From: Bacteroidaceae bacterium
Lineage (GTDB): Bacteria; Bacteroidota; Bacteroidia; Bacteroidales; Bacteroidaceae
Reading direction: 5' to 3'
Assembly: GCA_017551925.1 (NCBI GenBank)
Contig: JAFZKA010000115.1
Location: 20,490-84,489, forward strand
DNA: 64,000 nucleotides
The translations under genes were made by a program, and so were the position numbers. Under the pieces are notes generated by a model. That model did not search any database. It was given only the letters and a program-made list of their open reading frames with translations, and was not told where the DNA came from. This document shows positions 56,236 to 64,000 of this stretch, in pieces. The stretch's first letter is position 1. Each line of letters begins with the position of its first letter.

Positions 56236-56544
56236 ATGAAAGTAATCTGGATGCCATTTGCTCAAAACGAAGTTAGAAAAACAGCCCGATACATTAATAA
56301 AGAATTTGGAAAAGAAAGCAGAGACCAATTCATTAGTGAGGTCCGTAAAGTAAACCGCCTATTAGGTGAAAATCCTAATTTGGGTAAGCCGGAACCATTG
56401 CTTGCAGATTATGCAAAGAAGTATCGCAGTTATGTTATGAGTCATCTGAACAAAGTAGTTTATTGGATTTCAGATAACCAGATTGAGGTTGTGGATTTCT
56501 GGGATGTCCGCCGTGATCCTACTACCTTAAAGAATCAAATATAG
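56236..56544 (+). CDS. Type II toxin, RelE/ParE family
   Basis: MKVIWMPFAQNEVRKTARYI..NPNLGKPEP..YRSYVMSHLNKVVYWISDNQIEVVDFWDVRRDP. Typical ParE/RelE size and pattern. Confidence 0.8.
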   Translation: MKVIWMPFAQNEVRKTARYINKEFGKESRDQFISEVRKVNRLLGENPNLGKPEPLLADYAKKYRSYVMSHLNKVVYWISDNQIEVVDFWDVRRDPTTLKNQI

Positions 56545-56560
56545 CAATCGCAGTTCTATA

Positions 56561-57358
56561 TCATTTCAACCCCCAAACTGAGAGGCTGTAGGTGGATTCG
56601 GTGCGGGATTCTATGTCATCGGGCAGGGCGGGGAAGAAATCAAGGCCGGTGCGGGATTCTACCTCATTGACGGTCAGGGCGTAGGTGGAAAGGGGCTTGT
56701 GGCCGGCTTTGTTTTCCATTATGAAGCCTATTGACTCGTAGCCGAATGCGGTTTGCACCAGGAGTACCTTGTAGAAGGCGTTGGGGATGGTTACCTGGTT
56801 GGCGCCAATTGTGCCTAAAGGCTTGTCAGTTACTATGGGGCCGCAGGTTACGTAGATTCTGGAGTATCTGTTGGCGCAGTCGCGTACCAGTTCCTCAAGG
56901 GCTTTCCAATCACCGCTGTTCAGGTTGTGGTTCTGGGGGCAGATGTTGGTAAAGTAGAAACTTTCATGCATCATCTGCTCGGTCAGTTTCATATCGGCGG
57001 CAGGTGCCATGTGGCCGCGGTCCCAGCCGGAGTTGCGGTAGTCGTTGTCATCGGCCTGGGCGCCTTTGAAATTGGGGTCTATGCGGAAATGGTTGGAGCG
57101 CTCATTGGTGCCTGAAACCTCCTGGTCAGTGAGTTCATAGGCCACCCATTCGGGGATACGCATCTTTTCATTCTGTACCGCCTCATAGCCTTGATATACC
57201 AGATGCTTTTTGTACGATGCCGGCGTATAAGCGGGAATTTCCAACTTATCCTGTATCTGACCGCCTGTCTGTGAGGTGGTCTTGCACCACTGCAGAATTG
57301 CGCAGATTACAATGAGCAGCAGTATTTCAACTAAACGTGTGGAGGTCCTTTTTTTCAT
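56561..57358 (-). CDS. DNA/RNA non-specific endonuclease (NucA/EndoG beta-beta-alpha-Me family)
   Basis: Signal anchor. Catalytic motif SGWDRGHMAPAAD. NICPQNHNLNSG. Confidence 0.85.
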   Translation of the reverse strand: MKKRTSTRLVEILLLIVICAILQWCKTTSQTGGQIQDKLEIPAYTPASYKKHLVYQGYEAVQNEKMRIPEWVAYELTDQEVSGTNERSNHFRIDPNFKGAQADDNDYRNSGWDRGHMAPAADMKLTEQMMHESFYFTNICPQNHNLNSGDWKALEELVRDCANRYSRIYVTCGPIVTDKPLGTIGANQVTIPNAFYKVLLVQTAFGYESIGFIMENKAGHKPLSTYALTVNEVESRTGLDFFPALPDDIESRTESTYSLSVWGLK

Positions 57359-57382
57359 ACTGCAAAGTTAGTGCTAATTTTG

Positions 57383-57417
57383 AAAAAAAGTGCAATTGGG
57401 GACTGTCCCCAATTGCA
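57383..57417 (-). terminator. Rho-independent terminator of the TonB-dependent receptor gene
   Basis: 12-bp stem tgcaattgggga/tccccaattgca with a 3-nt loop, immediately after the stop codon. On the minus strand it is followed by TTTTTTT. Confidence 0.8.
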
Positions 57418-59835
57418 TCATTTTCCCAGATTGGCAATGATGCGAACGTTGAACTGGCGGCCGGTCAGGTAGTTGGGCACAGCAAACTGGGTGTTGGTTA
57501 TGTCTGTAATCCAGTAGTATGAGTTCACGTTGTTTATTCCAAGCAGGTTAAGGCCGTCAACTCCAACCCATATGTCCTTGAAAAATCCTGACTTGCCGTA
57601 AATGTGCGGATGCTTGCTGTAATCAAAGATCTTGTATGACAGACCTATATCAACGCGCTTGTAGGCGGGGGCGCGGAATGTCTGCTGCTCACGTCCGCTG
57701 TGGGTGGGGCCGAAGGGCAGGCCGTCGGCCAGTGAGCATCGGAGTGACATTTTCCAGTAATCGCGGCGCGGAAAGACATCAGTAAAGTACAGTGACAGAT
57801 TGTACAACTGGTCTGTGGGGCGGGGGAGCCACTTGCCGCCTATGTTCTCACGGGTGTCCATGAGTGAGAATGTGAGCCATGATGCAGTGCCGGGTACGAA
57901 CTCTCCGTACAGTTTCATGTCAATGCCGGCGGCATAGCCGTAGGCACAGTTCTCTCCGTAGTAAACTATCCTGACATTGTCAACATTGTACGGAATCAGG
58001 CGGTCCAGTTTCTTGTAATAGATCTCAGTGGTGAACTTGAACGGGCGTCCCAGCGCAATGAAATCATAGTCTCCTCCAAGCACAACCTGAATGGAGCGTT
58101 GCGAGCGTATGTTACTGTTAAGGTTGACCTGATATATGCCGCCCACGTTCACGGTGTCTTTTATCTCCTTATAGAACGGCGTCTGGTAATATATTCCGGT
58201 TGAGAATCTGAAAGTGAGGTTCTCATTGCTCTCAGGCACGAAACTGGTTATGAGTCTGGGGCTTACGGTCAGTTCTTTGTTCCAACTCCACCAGGTGCCT
58301 CTTACTCCCGCATTAAGCGTTATTATGCCTGCGGGCAGTCTGAAACGGTATGTATCCTCAACGTATGTTGAAACTTTGCTGTTTGAAAGTTCCTGAACTG
58401 ATTTGAGCGCGTAGATCATCTCCATGGGGCCTGATTGCGTGTAGGGCAGGGTGTAGCCCGCAGAGTCACGCATCTCCCATTCACGCATGCGGTCCGATAC
58501 GCTCTCATATCTGTACTCCGCGCCCCAGCCAATGGTGCCTGCCACGGCGGTTTCATGCATGCCGCTTATCTTTGCTGTAACCACATTTGATTTGAGGCGG
58601 TTACGTGCATGCTGCATAAAGGAGCCTACAGCCATCTTGTCATCGGCGCCGCTATCATCAAGCCAGTACTGACTCAGAATGTCATATGACTCGCTCTCAT
58701 GGCTTTCAAAGGTTGACAGGTTGAAACGGTATATGGAGTTGTCCTGAATGCGTTTTATGTCAAGCGCACCGAAAAGGGTGTTGAACTTGTCACTTTCCCA
58801 ACCCTCATAATAGACCTTGAAATTGAGCGGATTGTCTGATGTACCGAAACTGGTGCTGCGGTCCGTTGGCGTGAAATTGTAGCGGTTTACGGCCGCATTG
58901 CCTATAAAGCCTATGTCCCATTTGCTGTTGGGGGTCCAACTGATGTATGTCTGGTAATCCAGAAACGAGGGGTCATATTCACCTTTAGTGTCAAGCGTTC
59001 CCAGAAGGTAACCGGTGGTCTTGTAGCGTACGCTGCCTGAAAAACTGAACTTGTCACCACCTGCGCCCACGTATGCACTTGCGCCCAGAAGGCTGGCTGT
59101 GAGTACTGATTCAAATCCTTTTGGCTTACGGTACGTTATGTCCAGAACCGATGACATGCGGTCACCGTAAGAGACTCCCCATCCGCCGGTTGAGAACTTG
59201 ATTGATTCAACCATGTCAGGGTTGATGAAACTGAGTCCCTCCTGCTGACCTGCGCGTACCAGCAGCGGGCGCAGTATCTCAGTGCCGTTCACATAAACGC
59301 TGTTCTCATCAAAGTTTCCGCCGCGCACGTTATACTGGCTGCTCAGTTCATTATGAGTGCTCACTCCGGCCTGTGAGGCGATGATTGATTCTACAGAGCC
59401 GCCGTTGGCATCGGCATTGAAACGGAGTCCCTGGGCCTCAATCTGCTGCATTCCGTTTGTCTGACGCCGGTTGGCCCTTATGTCCACGTTCTCAAGGGTG
59501 TAGTTTGATGTGGGGAGCATTATGTTAAGATTCACGGTGTCTTGCGGACTGACCAGGGTATGACGGCGTGTCTCATGGCCGATCATGCGGAAAACCAGTC
59601 TGATTGTATCTGACTGTGTGTTGATGTTGAATGAATACTCGCCTTTCAGGTTGGTCATGGCGGAGTGGAGCGTGCGCTCCTCATTGACGGTGGCCAGTTC
59701 AACAGGTTGCCCGGCCTCATCATAGACCCGTCCGTAGATATGCACGCGGCGTGCCTGCAGGGGTATTGCCAGACACAAAAACAACAGGAGCGCAAGCATG
59801 CGCCCCGCACCGTATATGCGTGATGCCTTATTCAT
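57418..59835 (-). CDS. TonB-dependent receptor with N-terminal carboxypeptidase-regulatory-like domain
   Basis: Signal peptide. GRVYDEAGQPVELATV (CarbopepD_reg-like), a plug region, a long beta-barrel, and a C-terminal aromatic-rich strand (FNVRIIANLGK). Confidence 0.8.
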   Translation of the reverse strand: MNKASRIYGAGRMLALLLFLCLAIPLQARRVHIYGRVYDEAGQPVELATVNEERTLHSAMTNLKGEYSFNINTQSDTIRLVFRMIGHETRRHTLVSPQDTVNLNIMLPTSNYTLENVDIRANRRQTNGMQQIEAQGLRFNADANGGSVESIIASQAGVSTHNELSSQYNVRGGNFDENSVYVNGTEILRPLLVRAGQQEGLSFINPDMVESIKFSTGGWGVSYGDRMSSVLDITYRKPKGFESVLTASLLGASAYVGAGGDKFSFSGSVRYKTTGYLLGTLDTKGEYDPSFLDYQTYISWTPNSKWDIGFIGNAAVNRYNFTPTDRSTSFGTSDNPLNFKVYYEGWESDKFNTLFGALDIKRIQDNSIYRFNLSTFESHESESYDILSQYWLDDSGADDKMAVGSFMQHARNRLKSNVVTAKISGMHETAVAGTIGWGAEYRYESVSDRMREWEMRDSAGYTLPYTQSGPMEMIYALKSVQELSNSKVSTYVEDTYRFRLPAGIITLNAGVRGTWWSWNKELTVSPRLITSFVPESNENLTFRFSTGIYYQTPFYKEIKDTVNVGGIYQVNLNSNIRSQRSIQVVLGGDYDFIALGRPFKFTTEIYYKKLDRLIPYNVDNVRIVYYGENCAYGYAAGIDMKLYGEFVPGTASWLTFSLMDTRENIGGKWLPRPTDQLYNLSLYFTDVFPRRDYWKMSLRCSLADGLPFGPTHSGREQQTFRAPAYKRVDIGLSYKIFDYSKHPHIYGKSGFFKDIWVGVDGLNLLGINNVNSYYWITDITNTQFAVPNYLTGRQFNVRIIANLGK

Positions 59836-59850
59836 TCAATGAATAAACGT

Positions 59851-59881
59851 AAAAAACGCCGCGAACGTATATCCGCGGCGC
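59851..59881 (-). terminator. Rho-independent terminator after the outer-membrane barrel gene
   Basis: On the minus strand, gcgccgcg-gatatacgtt-cgcggcg followed by TTTTTT. Confidence 0.65.
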
Positions 59882-59906
59882 TTAATTTATAACGTTTGCA
59901 AACAGG

Positions 59907-60791
59907 TTACTTTGCAGTGAAATAGCGTATATAGCCTATCTGGATAGATATAAAGTCTATATCCCTTGAAATGTTGAACTGTGAGATATGTGCGTTGCTG
60001 CCGGTATCCTCCTTATGCTGCTTGGTGTATCCGTATGTTGCACCGATGATAGGAATGCTGACCGTCAGGGCGCTGTTGTCCTTAAGTTTCACGGCTACGC
60101 CGGCAGCCAGTTTCAGGCCTGCCGACCAGATGTTTGAAACACGTTCCTGCTCTGTCAGGTAATTGGTTTCAGATGTATGGACCTTTCGGGTCTCCTCTTC
60201 ACCTGTTTCAGGATCAATATAGGTCTCTTTTACATAATCTTTGGTAGGACATGATGTAACTTTGCTGTAATCACCGAACATACGCAGTTCACCGAATACG
60301 CCGAATGTCCTGCTTCCAAAGAAAGACTGGTATTTCCTTAAGGCCATTGACACTCCCCATGAGTTCTTTTTGATGCTTCGGCTGGCTATGGTGTAGTTAT
60401 GTTCATCTCCAAACAGTTTATCCAGAAAATCATATTTCCTCAGATCCAGTTTCAGGTCTGTCTCCAGTTTATATCCGCTGTAATCAAGACGTATGTCAAG
60501 GGACAGGTCATCGGCATAAAAGAAAGAGAAACTGGGAGATACGTTGTATTTTGTGAATTCTCCGTTGCCAATGTTTAACATTGAGAGAATGGCGTAACCG
60601 TCACCGCTAAGGGGGTCTTCACCACCCACGTTTATGCTGCGATAACCGCCTGAAATACCTATTGCCTTGTTTCCTTTGGGAATGAAAACCGTACCTGCCG
60701 TTCCCGGTTCTGAATATCGGTCAAGTATTCCTTGAGCACTTGCCACAACGGCAGCCAGAAGCATGGTTGCTGTAAAAAATAGTCTCTTCAT
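59907..60791 (-). CDS. Outer-membrane beta-barrel protein (hypothetical)
   Basis: Signal peptide MKRLFFTATMLLAAVVASAQ. Alternating beta-strand pattern throughout. Confidence 0.5.
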   Translation of the reverse strand: MKRLFFTATMLLAAVVASAQGILDRYSEPGTAGTVFIPKGNKAIGISGGYRSINVGGEDPLSGDGYAILSMLNIGNGEFTKYNVSPSFSFFYADDLSLDIRLDYSGYKLETDLKLDLRKYDFLDKLFGDEHNYTIASRSIKKNSWGVSMALRKYQSFFGSRTFGVFGELRMFGDYSKVTSCPTKDYVKETYIDPETGEEETRKVHTSETNYLTEQERVSNIWSAGLKLAAGVAVKLKDNSALTVSIPIIGATYGYTKQHKEDTGSNAHISQFNISRDIDFISIQIGYIRYFTAK

Positions 60792-60886
60792 ATCAGAATT
60801 AATTGTTAGTAGGTTTTGTCGTGATGTTCAAATATAGCGTTTTTTTGCGACAATGATTATCTTTGCACATTATATAAAACAGAATT

Positions 60887-61414
60887 ATGGAAAAGTTCAG
60901 TGATTTGATAGCAACGCGCCGCAGCATGCGCAAGTTTACTGATGAGAAATTGACTGAAGAGCAGAAAAAGACCATCTTGAGGGCAGCACTGATATCACCT
61001 ACCGCCAAGAACAACCGCGGATGGGAGTTTGTTACGGTTGAGGACAGGGCTGTGCTTGAGGCGCTCTCCAAGTGCCGTGCCATGGGATCAGGTTTCCTGG
61101 GCGAGGCTGCGTTTGCTGTTGTGGTGCTGGGTGATCCCTCCAAGACTGATTGCTGGATTGAGGACTGCTCCATTGCGGCAATCAATATGCAGATGCAGGC
61201 TGAGGATCTGGGCCTGGGCAGTTGCTGGTGCCATATGCGCGGCCGTGCCGATGCCGATGGCAAGAGTACCAAGCAGACCCTTATGGAACTGTTGGGTATT
61301 CCGGAGCAGTATGAACCGGAGTGCATAATAGGCGTGGGCTACAAGAACATGGAGCGCAAACCTTATGAGGATGACAAGATAGAGTGGACCAAGGTTCATA
61401 ACGGAAAATTCTGA
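60887..61414 (+). CDS. Nitroreductase-family protein
   Basis: IATRRSMRKFTDEKLTEEQ.., PTAKNNRGWEFV, DCSIAAINMQM. Confidence 0.85.
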   Translation: MEKFSDLIATRRSMRKFTDEKLTEEQKKTILRAALISPTAKNNRGWEFVTVEDRAVLEALSKCRAMGSGFLGEAAFAVVVLGDPSKTDCWIEDCSIAAINMQMQAEDLGLGSCWCHMRGRADADGKSTKQTLMELLGIPEQYEPECIIGVGYKNMERKPYEDDKIEWTKVHNGKF

Positions 61415-61416
61415 GA

Positions 61417-62187
61417 ATGAGGATAGTATTGGTGGGAGCGGGTCGCGTGGCCTCATGTATGGGGCCGCGGCTTAAGCAGGCGGGATGCGTCATTGCAGGC
61501 GTATTCAGCCGTACTCCCGGCCATGCTCAGGCTCTGGCCGATGCCCTTGGTGCGCCGGCATTCAGCAGCCTTGAGCATCTGCCCGCGGCCGATATCTATC
61601 TTACCATGCTCACCGATGATGCTCTGGTGCAACTGGCACCTGACATTGTGCGGGGCAGGGAGCAGGCGCTGTTCCTGCATACCGCGGGCAGCGTGGATAT
61701 GGATGTATGGAAGGCAGCGGGTGCCGTGCGTTACGGCGTGATGTACGCCATGCAGACCTTTACAAAGGGCGTGCAGGTTGACTGGCAGCAGGTGCCTGTA
61801 TTCATTGAGGGCAGCAGCCCCAAGGAACTGGAGAGTGTGCGTGAACTTGCGCAGGGCTTGTCAGCCAGTGTCACTCCGCTCAGTTCAAAAGGCAGAAAGA
61901 AACTCCACATAGCAGCGGTGTTTGCCTGCAATTTTGCAAACCACATGTATGCCATAAGTGAGCAACTGCTCAATGAAGAAGGGGTGCCTTTCAGCGTAAT
62001 GCTGCCGCTGGTACGTGAAACAGCCCGCAAGGTTGAGGGCATCAGCCCGTTGAAAGCCCAGACGGGACCGGCCGTGCGCGGTGACCGCAAGGTGATAGGT
62101 GAACATCTGGAACTGCTTAAGGAACATCCTGAACTGGCTGATATCTATCGGCTCGTTTCAATTGACATAAACAAAGAACTCAAATGA
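61417..62187 (+). CDS. Rossmann-fold DUF2520-type (NADP oxidoreductase-like) protein
   Basis: [23 protein letters not shown] dinucleotide-binding motif. C-terminal TGPAVRGD. Confidence 0.7.
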   Translation: MRIVLVGAGRVASCMGPRLKQAGCVIAGVFSRTPGHAQALADALGAPAFSSLEHLPAADIYLTMLTDDALVQLAPDIVRGREQALFLHTAGSVDMDVWKAAGAVRYGVMYAMQTFTKGVQVDWQQVPVFIEGSSPKELESVRELAQGLSASVTPLSSKGRKKLHIAAVFACNFANHMYAISEQLLNEEGVPFSVMLPLVRETARKVEGISPLKAQTGPAVRGDRKVIGEHLELLKEHPELADIYRLVSIDINKELK

Positions 62188-62702
62188 TAAACTACGATCT
62201 TAACGCTATCAGGGCCCTGATTTTTGACGTTGACGGGGTACTCAGCAAATCGGTTATGAACCTTTCACCCAGCGGTGACCCCGTGCGTACGGTGAATGTC
62301 AAGGACGGCTATGCCATGCAGTTGGCAGTCAAGATGGGCCTGCACCTGTGCATCATTACCGGAGCCCGTGTTGAGGAGGTCCGCAAACGCTATGAGGGCC
62401 TTGGCATAAAGGATGTCTATATTGCATCAAGCATCAAGATCAATGATTTCAATGAGTTTGTTGCCAGGTATGACCTCAAGCCTGACGAGATTCTCTATAT
62501 GGGTGATGACATTCCTGACTGGCAGGTAATGAGCAAGTGCGGCTTGCCCTGCTGTCCGGCTGATGCATGCCCTGAGATACAGAAACTCTGCAAATACGTT
62601 TCACCGTACAACGGCGGTGAGGGCTGCGTGCGTGATGTGTTGGAGCACGTACTCAAAGTGCAGGGCAAATGGATGAAAGATGATCACGCATTCGGCTGGT
62701 AA
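62184..62702 (+). CDS. kdsC: 3-deoxy-D-manno-octulosonate 8-phosphate phosphatase (HAD-IIIA)
   Basis: [11 protein letters not shown] (DxD nucleophile motif), [19 protein letters not shown] overlap with the previous gene. Confidence 0.85.
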   Translation: MINYDLNAIRALIFDVDGVLSKSVMNLSPSGDPVRTVNVKDGYAMQLAVKMGLHLCIITGARVEEVRKRYEGLGIKDVYIASSIKINDFNEFVARYDLKPDEILYMGDDIPDWQVMSKCGLPCCPADACPEIQKLCKYVSPYNGGEGCVRDVLEHVLKVQGKWMKDDHAFGW

Positions 62703-62704
62703 AG

Positions 62705-63286
62705 ATGGAGTTTCCCTATAAGATAGTTCTGGCGTCAAATTCTCCCCGCAGGCGTGAACTGCTGGCAGGGTTGGGAATAGACTTTACCGTCAGGGTGATT
62801 GGCGGCATTGATGAGTCATGGCCCAAAGAACTCAAGGGCGAAGATATTCCGCTTTACATATCGCGTGAAAAATCCGCCCCATATAAGTCACAGATTGCCC
62901 CTGATGAACTAGTCATTACCGCCGATACCATTGTCTATGTTGACGGTAAGGTGTTGGGCAAGCCCGCTGACAAGGCCGATGCCGTACGTATGCTGCGCCT
63001 TATCTCAGGCCGATGGCATGAGGTGATAACGGGTGTTACTCTTATGACCGCAGACCGTGAGCGCAGTTTTGCAGTCACCACCAAGGTCAAGTTCTGCAAT
63101 CTTACTGAAGAGGAGATTCTCCGATACGTGGAGAGCGGTCTGCCTATGGATAAGGCCGGCGCCTACGGAATCCAGGAATGGATAGGTTTTGTGGGCGTTG
63201 AGGCCATTGAGGGCAGTTACTTTAATGTGGTCGGCCTGCCTGTGCAGCGGCTCTATCGCGAATTACTGTTGTTTTGCAGTCAATAA
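62705..63286 (+). CDS. maf: Maf-family nucleoside triphosphate pyrophosphatase
   Basis: IVLASNSPRRRELL, ADTIV, KAGAYGIQE. Confidence 0.9.
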   Translation: MEFPYKIVLASNSPRRRELLAGLGIDFTVRVIGGIDESWPKELKGEDIPLYISREKSAPYKSQIAPDELVITADTIVYVDGKVLGKPADKADAVRMLRLISGRWHEVITGVTLMTADRERSFAVTTKVKFCNLTEEEILRYVESGLPMDKAGAYGIQEWIGFVGVEAIEGSYFNVVGLPVQRLYRELLLFCSQ

Positions 63287-63303
63287 ACAATCAAATATTA
63301 ATT

Positions 63304-64000
63304 ATGAAAACTAAATCACTTTTACTAACCTTGACCGCTGCTCTGTCGGCTCAACTGTTCGCCCAGAACCCGATTATCAGCACGGTATTTACTCCAGACC
63401 CGGCGCCTTTTGTATATGGTGACAAGGTCTATCTGTTCACTGATCATGATGAGGACGGCCGCAACCGTGACTTCAACATGAAAGACTGGATGGTGTTCAG
63501 CACCGAGGATATGGTCAACTGGACCTATCTGGGCACCCAGGTTACCACCGCAACATTCAAGTGGGCCCGTCAGGGACAGCGCGCATGGGCCTGCCAGGCC
63601 GTTGAGCGCAACGGCAAATGGTACTGGTACGTATGCTGTAACAAGGCCACCGGCGGCGACGCCCTTGCTGTTGCCGTGGCCGATGACCCGCAAGGTCCCT
63701 GGACCGACGGCATAGGCGGTCCGCTTGCCGAGGGATTCGGATTCATCGACCCCACGGTCTTTATTGATGATGACGGCCGTGCATATCTGTTCTGGGGCAA
63801 CAAGGGCCTGTGGTACGGTGAACTGAATGATGATATGGTATCATTCAAGAACGGCTGGCAGGAGGTTCCGGGATACCATGACCCCGAGTGCTTTGGTGAA
63901 CTCCAGTCCAAGATGAACTGGGCCAAAGGTCAGAATGAGATGATGACCCAGTATGAGGAGGGACCGTGGGTAATGAAACGTAACGGCACCTACTACATAT
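63304..64000 (+). CDS. Glycoside hydrolase family 43 (3' end outside the window)
   Basis: The ATG at 63304 gives signal peptide MKTKSLLLTLTAALSAQLFAQ, then NPIISTVFTPDPAPFVYGDKVYLFTDHDE.., FIDPTVFIDDDGRAYLFWG, EGPWVMKRNGTYYI. The frame is open to the window edge, which is why it is absent from the ORF track. Confidence 0.85.
   Translation, partial: MKTKSLLLTLTAALSAQLFAQNPIISTVFTPDPAPFVYGDKVYLFTDHDEDGRNRDFNMKDWMVFSTEDMVNWTYLGTQVTTATFKWARQGQRAWACQAVERNGKWYWYVCCNKATGGDALAVAVADDPQGPWTDGIGGPLAEGFGFIDPTVFIDDDGRAYLFWGNKGLWYGELNDDMVSFKNGWQEVPGYHDPECFGELQSKMNWAKGQNEMMTQYEEGPWVMKRNGTYYI

Noticed and set aside
60799-61493. Minus-strand ORFs of 175, 122 and 70 aa overlapping the nitroreductase and DUF2520 genes.
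   Set aside because: The plus-strand genes have clear family motifs and ATG starts with tight spacing. The antisense ORFs are Pro/Arg/Ser-rich.
63325-63926. Minus-strand ORFs of 122 and 118 aa at the right edge of the window.
   Set aside because: They are antisense to an unlisted but clearly recognisable GH43 gene. That gene starts at 63304 and runs off the window, so it has no stop and is absent from the ORF track.

Overview
All calls were made by eye from the ORF translations and the raw sequence, using remembered family motifs. No searches were run.

The window looks like a Bacteroidales-type chromosome. It has a T9SS C-terminal sorting domain, many SpII lipoproteins, TAnnTTTG -7 boxes, a Na+-pumping methylmalonyl-CoA decarboxylase operon, and the DUF4270 / short glycogen synthase / panCD arrangement.

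Layout:
- 0-9.4 kb: a GH3 glycosidase (5' truncated by the window edge), then an exported cluster of a small T9SS-CTD protein, a beta-helix carbohydrate-binding protein and two CotH paralogs.
- 9.5-29.3 kb: GC-rich housekeeping genes. These are mnmE, a nucleoside phosphorylase, a TPR/beta-propeller protein, a DMT protein, a fused PyrK/GltD-like oxidoreductase, a glycogen cluster (GDE, GT4, GH57), DUF4270, a short glycogen synthase, panC, panD, the mmd decarboxylase operon and mce.
- 29.4-56.5 kb: accessory DNA.
- 56.6-64 kb: housekeeping genes again. These are a NucA-type nuclease, a TonB-dependent receptor, an outer-membrane barrel, a nitroreductase, DUF2520, kdsC, maf and a GH43 gene truncated at the 3' edge.

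The accessory DNA contains:
- a visibly AT-rich block (29.4-52.9 kb) carrying a HigBA-like TA pair, a transglutaminase lipoprotein, and a tightly packed 10-gene, 18-kb operon of exported proteins;
- a mosaic tail (52.9-56.5 kb) with an IS66 transposase remnant, gene fragments, an AbiEi/AbiEii pair and a ParE-type TA pair.

The 10-gene operon encodes a caspase-fold protease, an outer-membrane barrel, a 13-repeat 1332-aa lipoprotein, LPP20-like and DUF4384 lipoproteins, two transglutaminase-fold paralogs bracketing an ECF sigma/anti-sigma pair, and a 1919-aa fimbrillin-lectin-Big_2 lipoprotein.

Two observations stand out:
1. I cannot assign the exported caspase/TGase/ECF operon to any characterised system.
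2. There is a family of GC-rich structured elements at 13651-13845, 24658-24790 and 31060-31254. Each is closed by a 23-26-bp near-perfect stem, and the stem sequences are unrelated between copies. Two copies share colinear interior blocks. That pattern fits a structured RNA better than a MITE.

No rRNA, tRNA or CRISPR array was seen.
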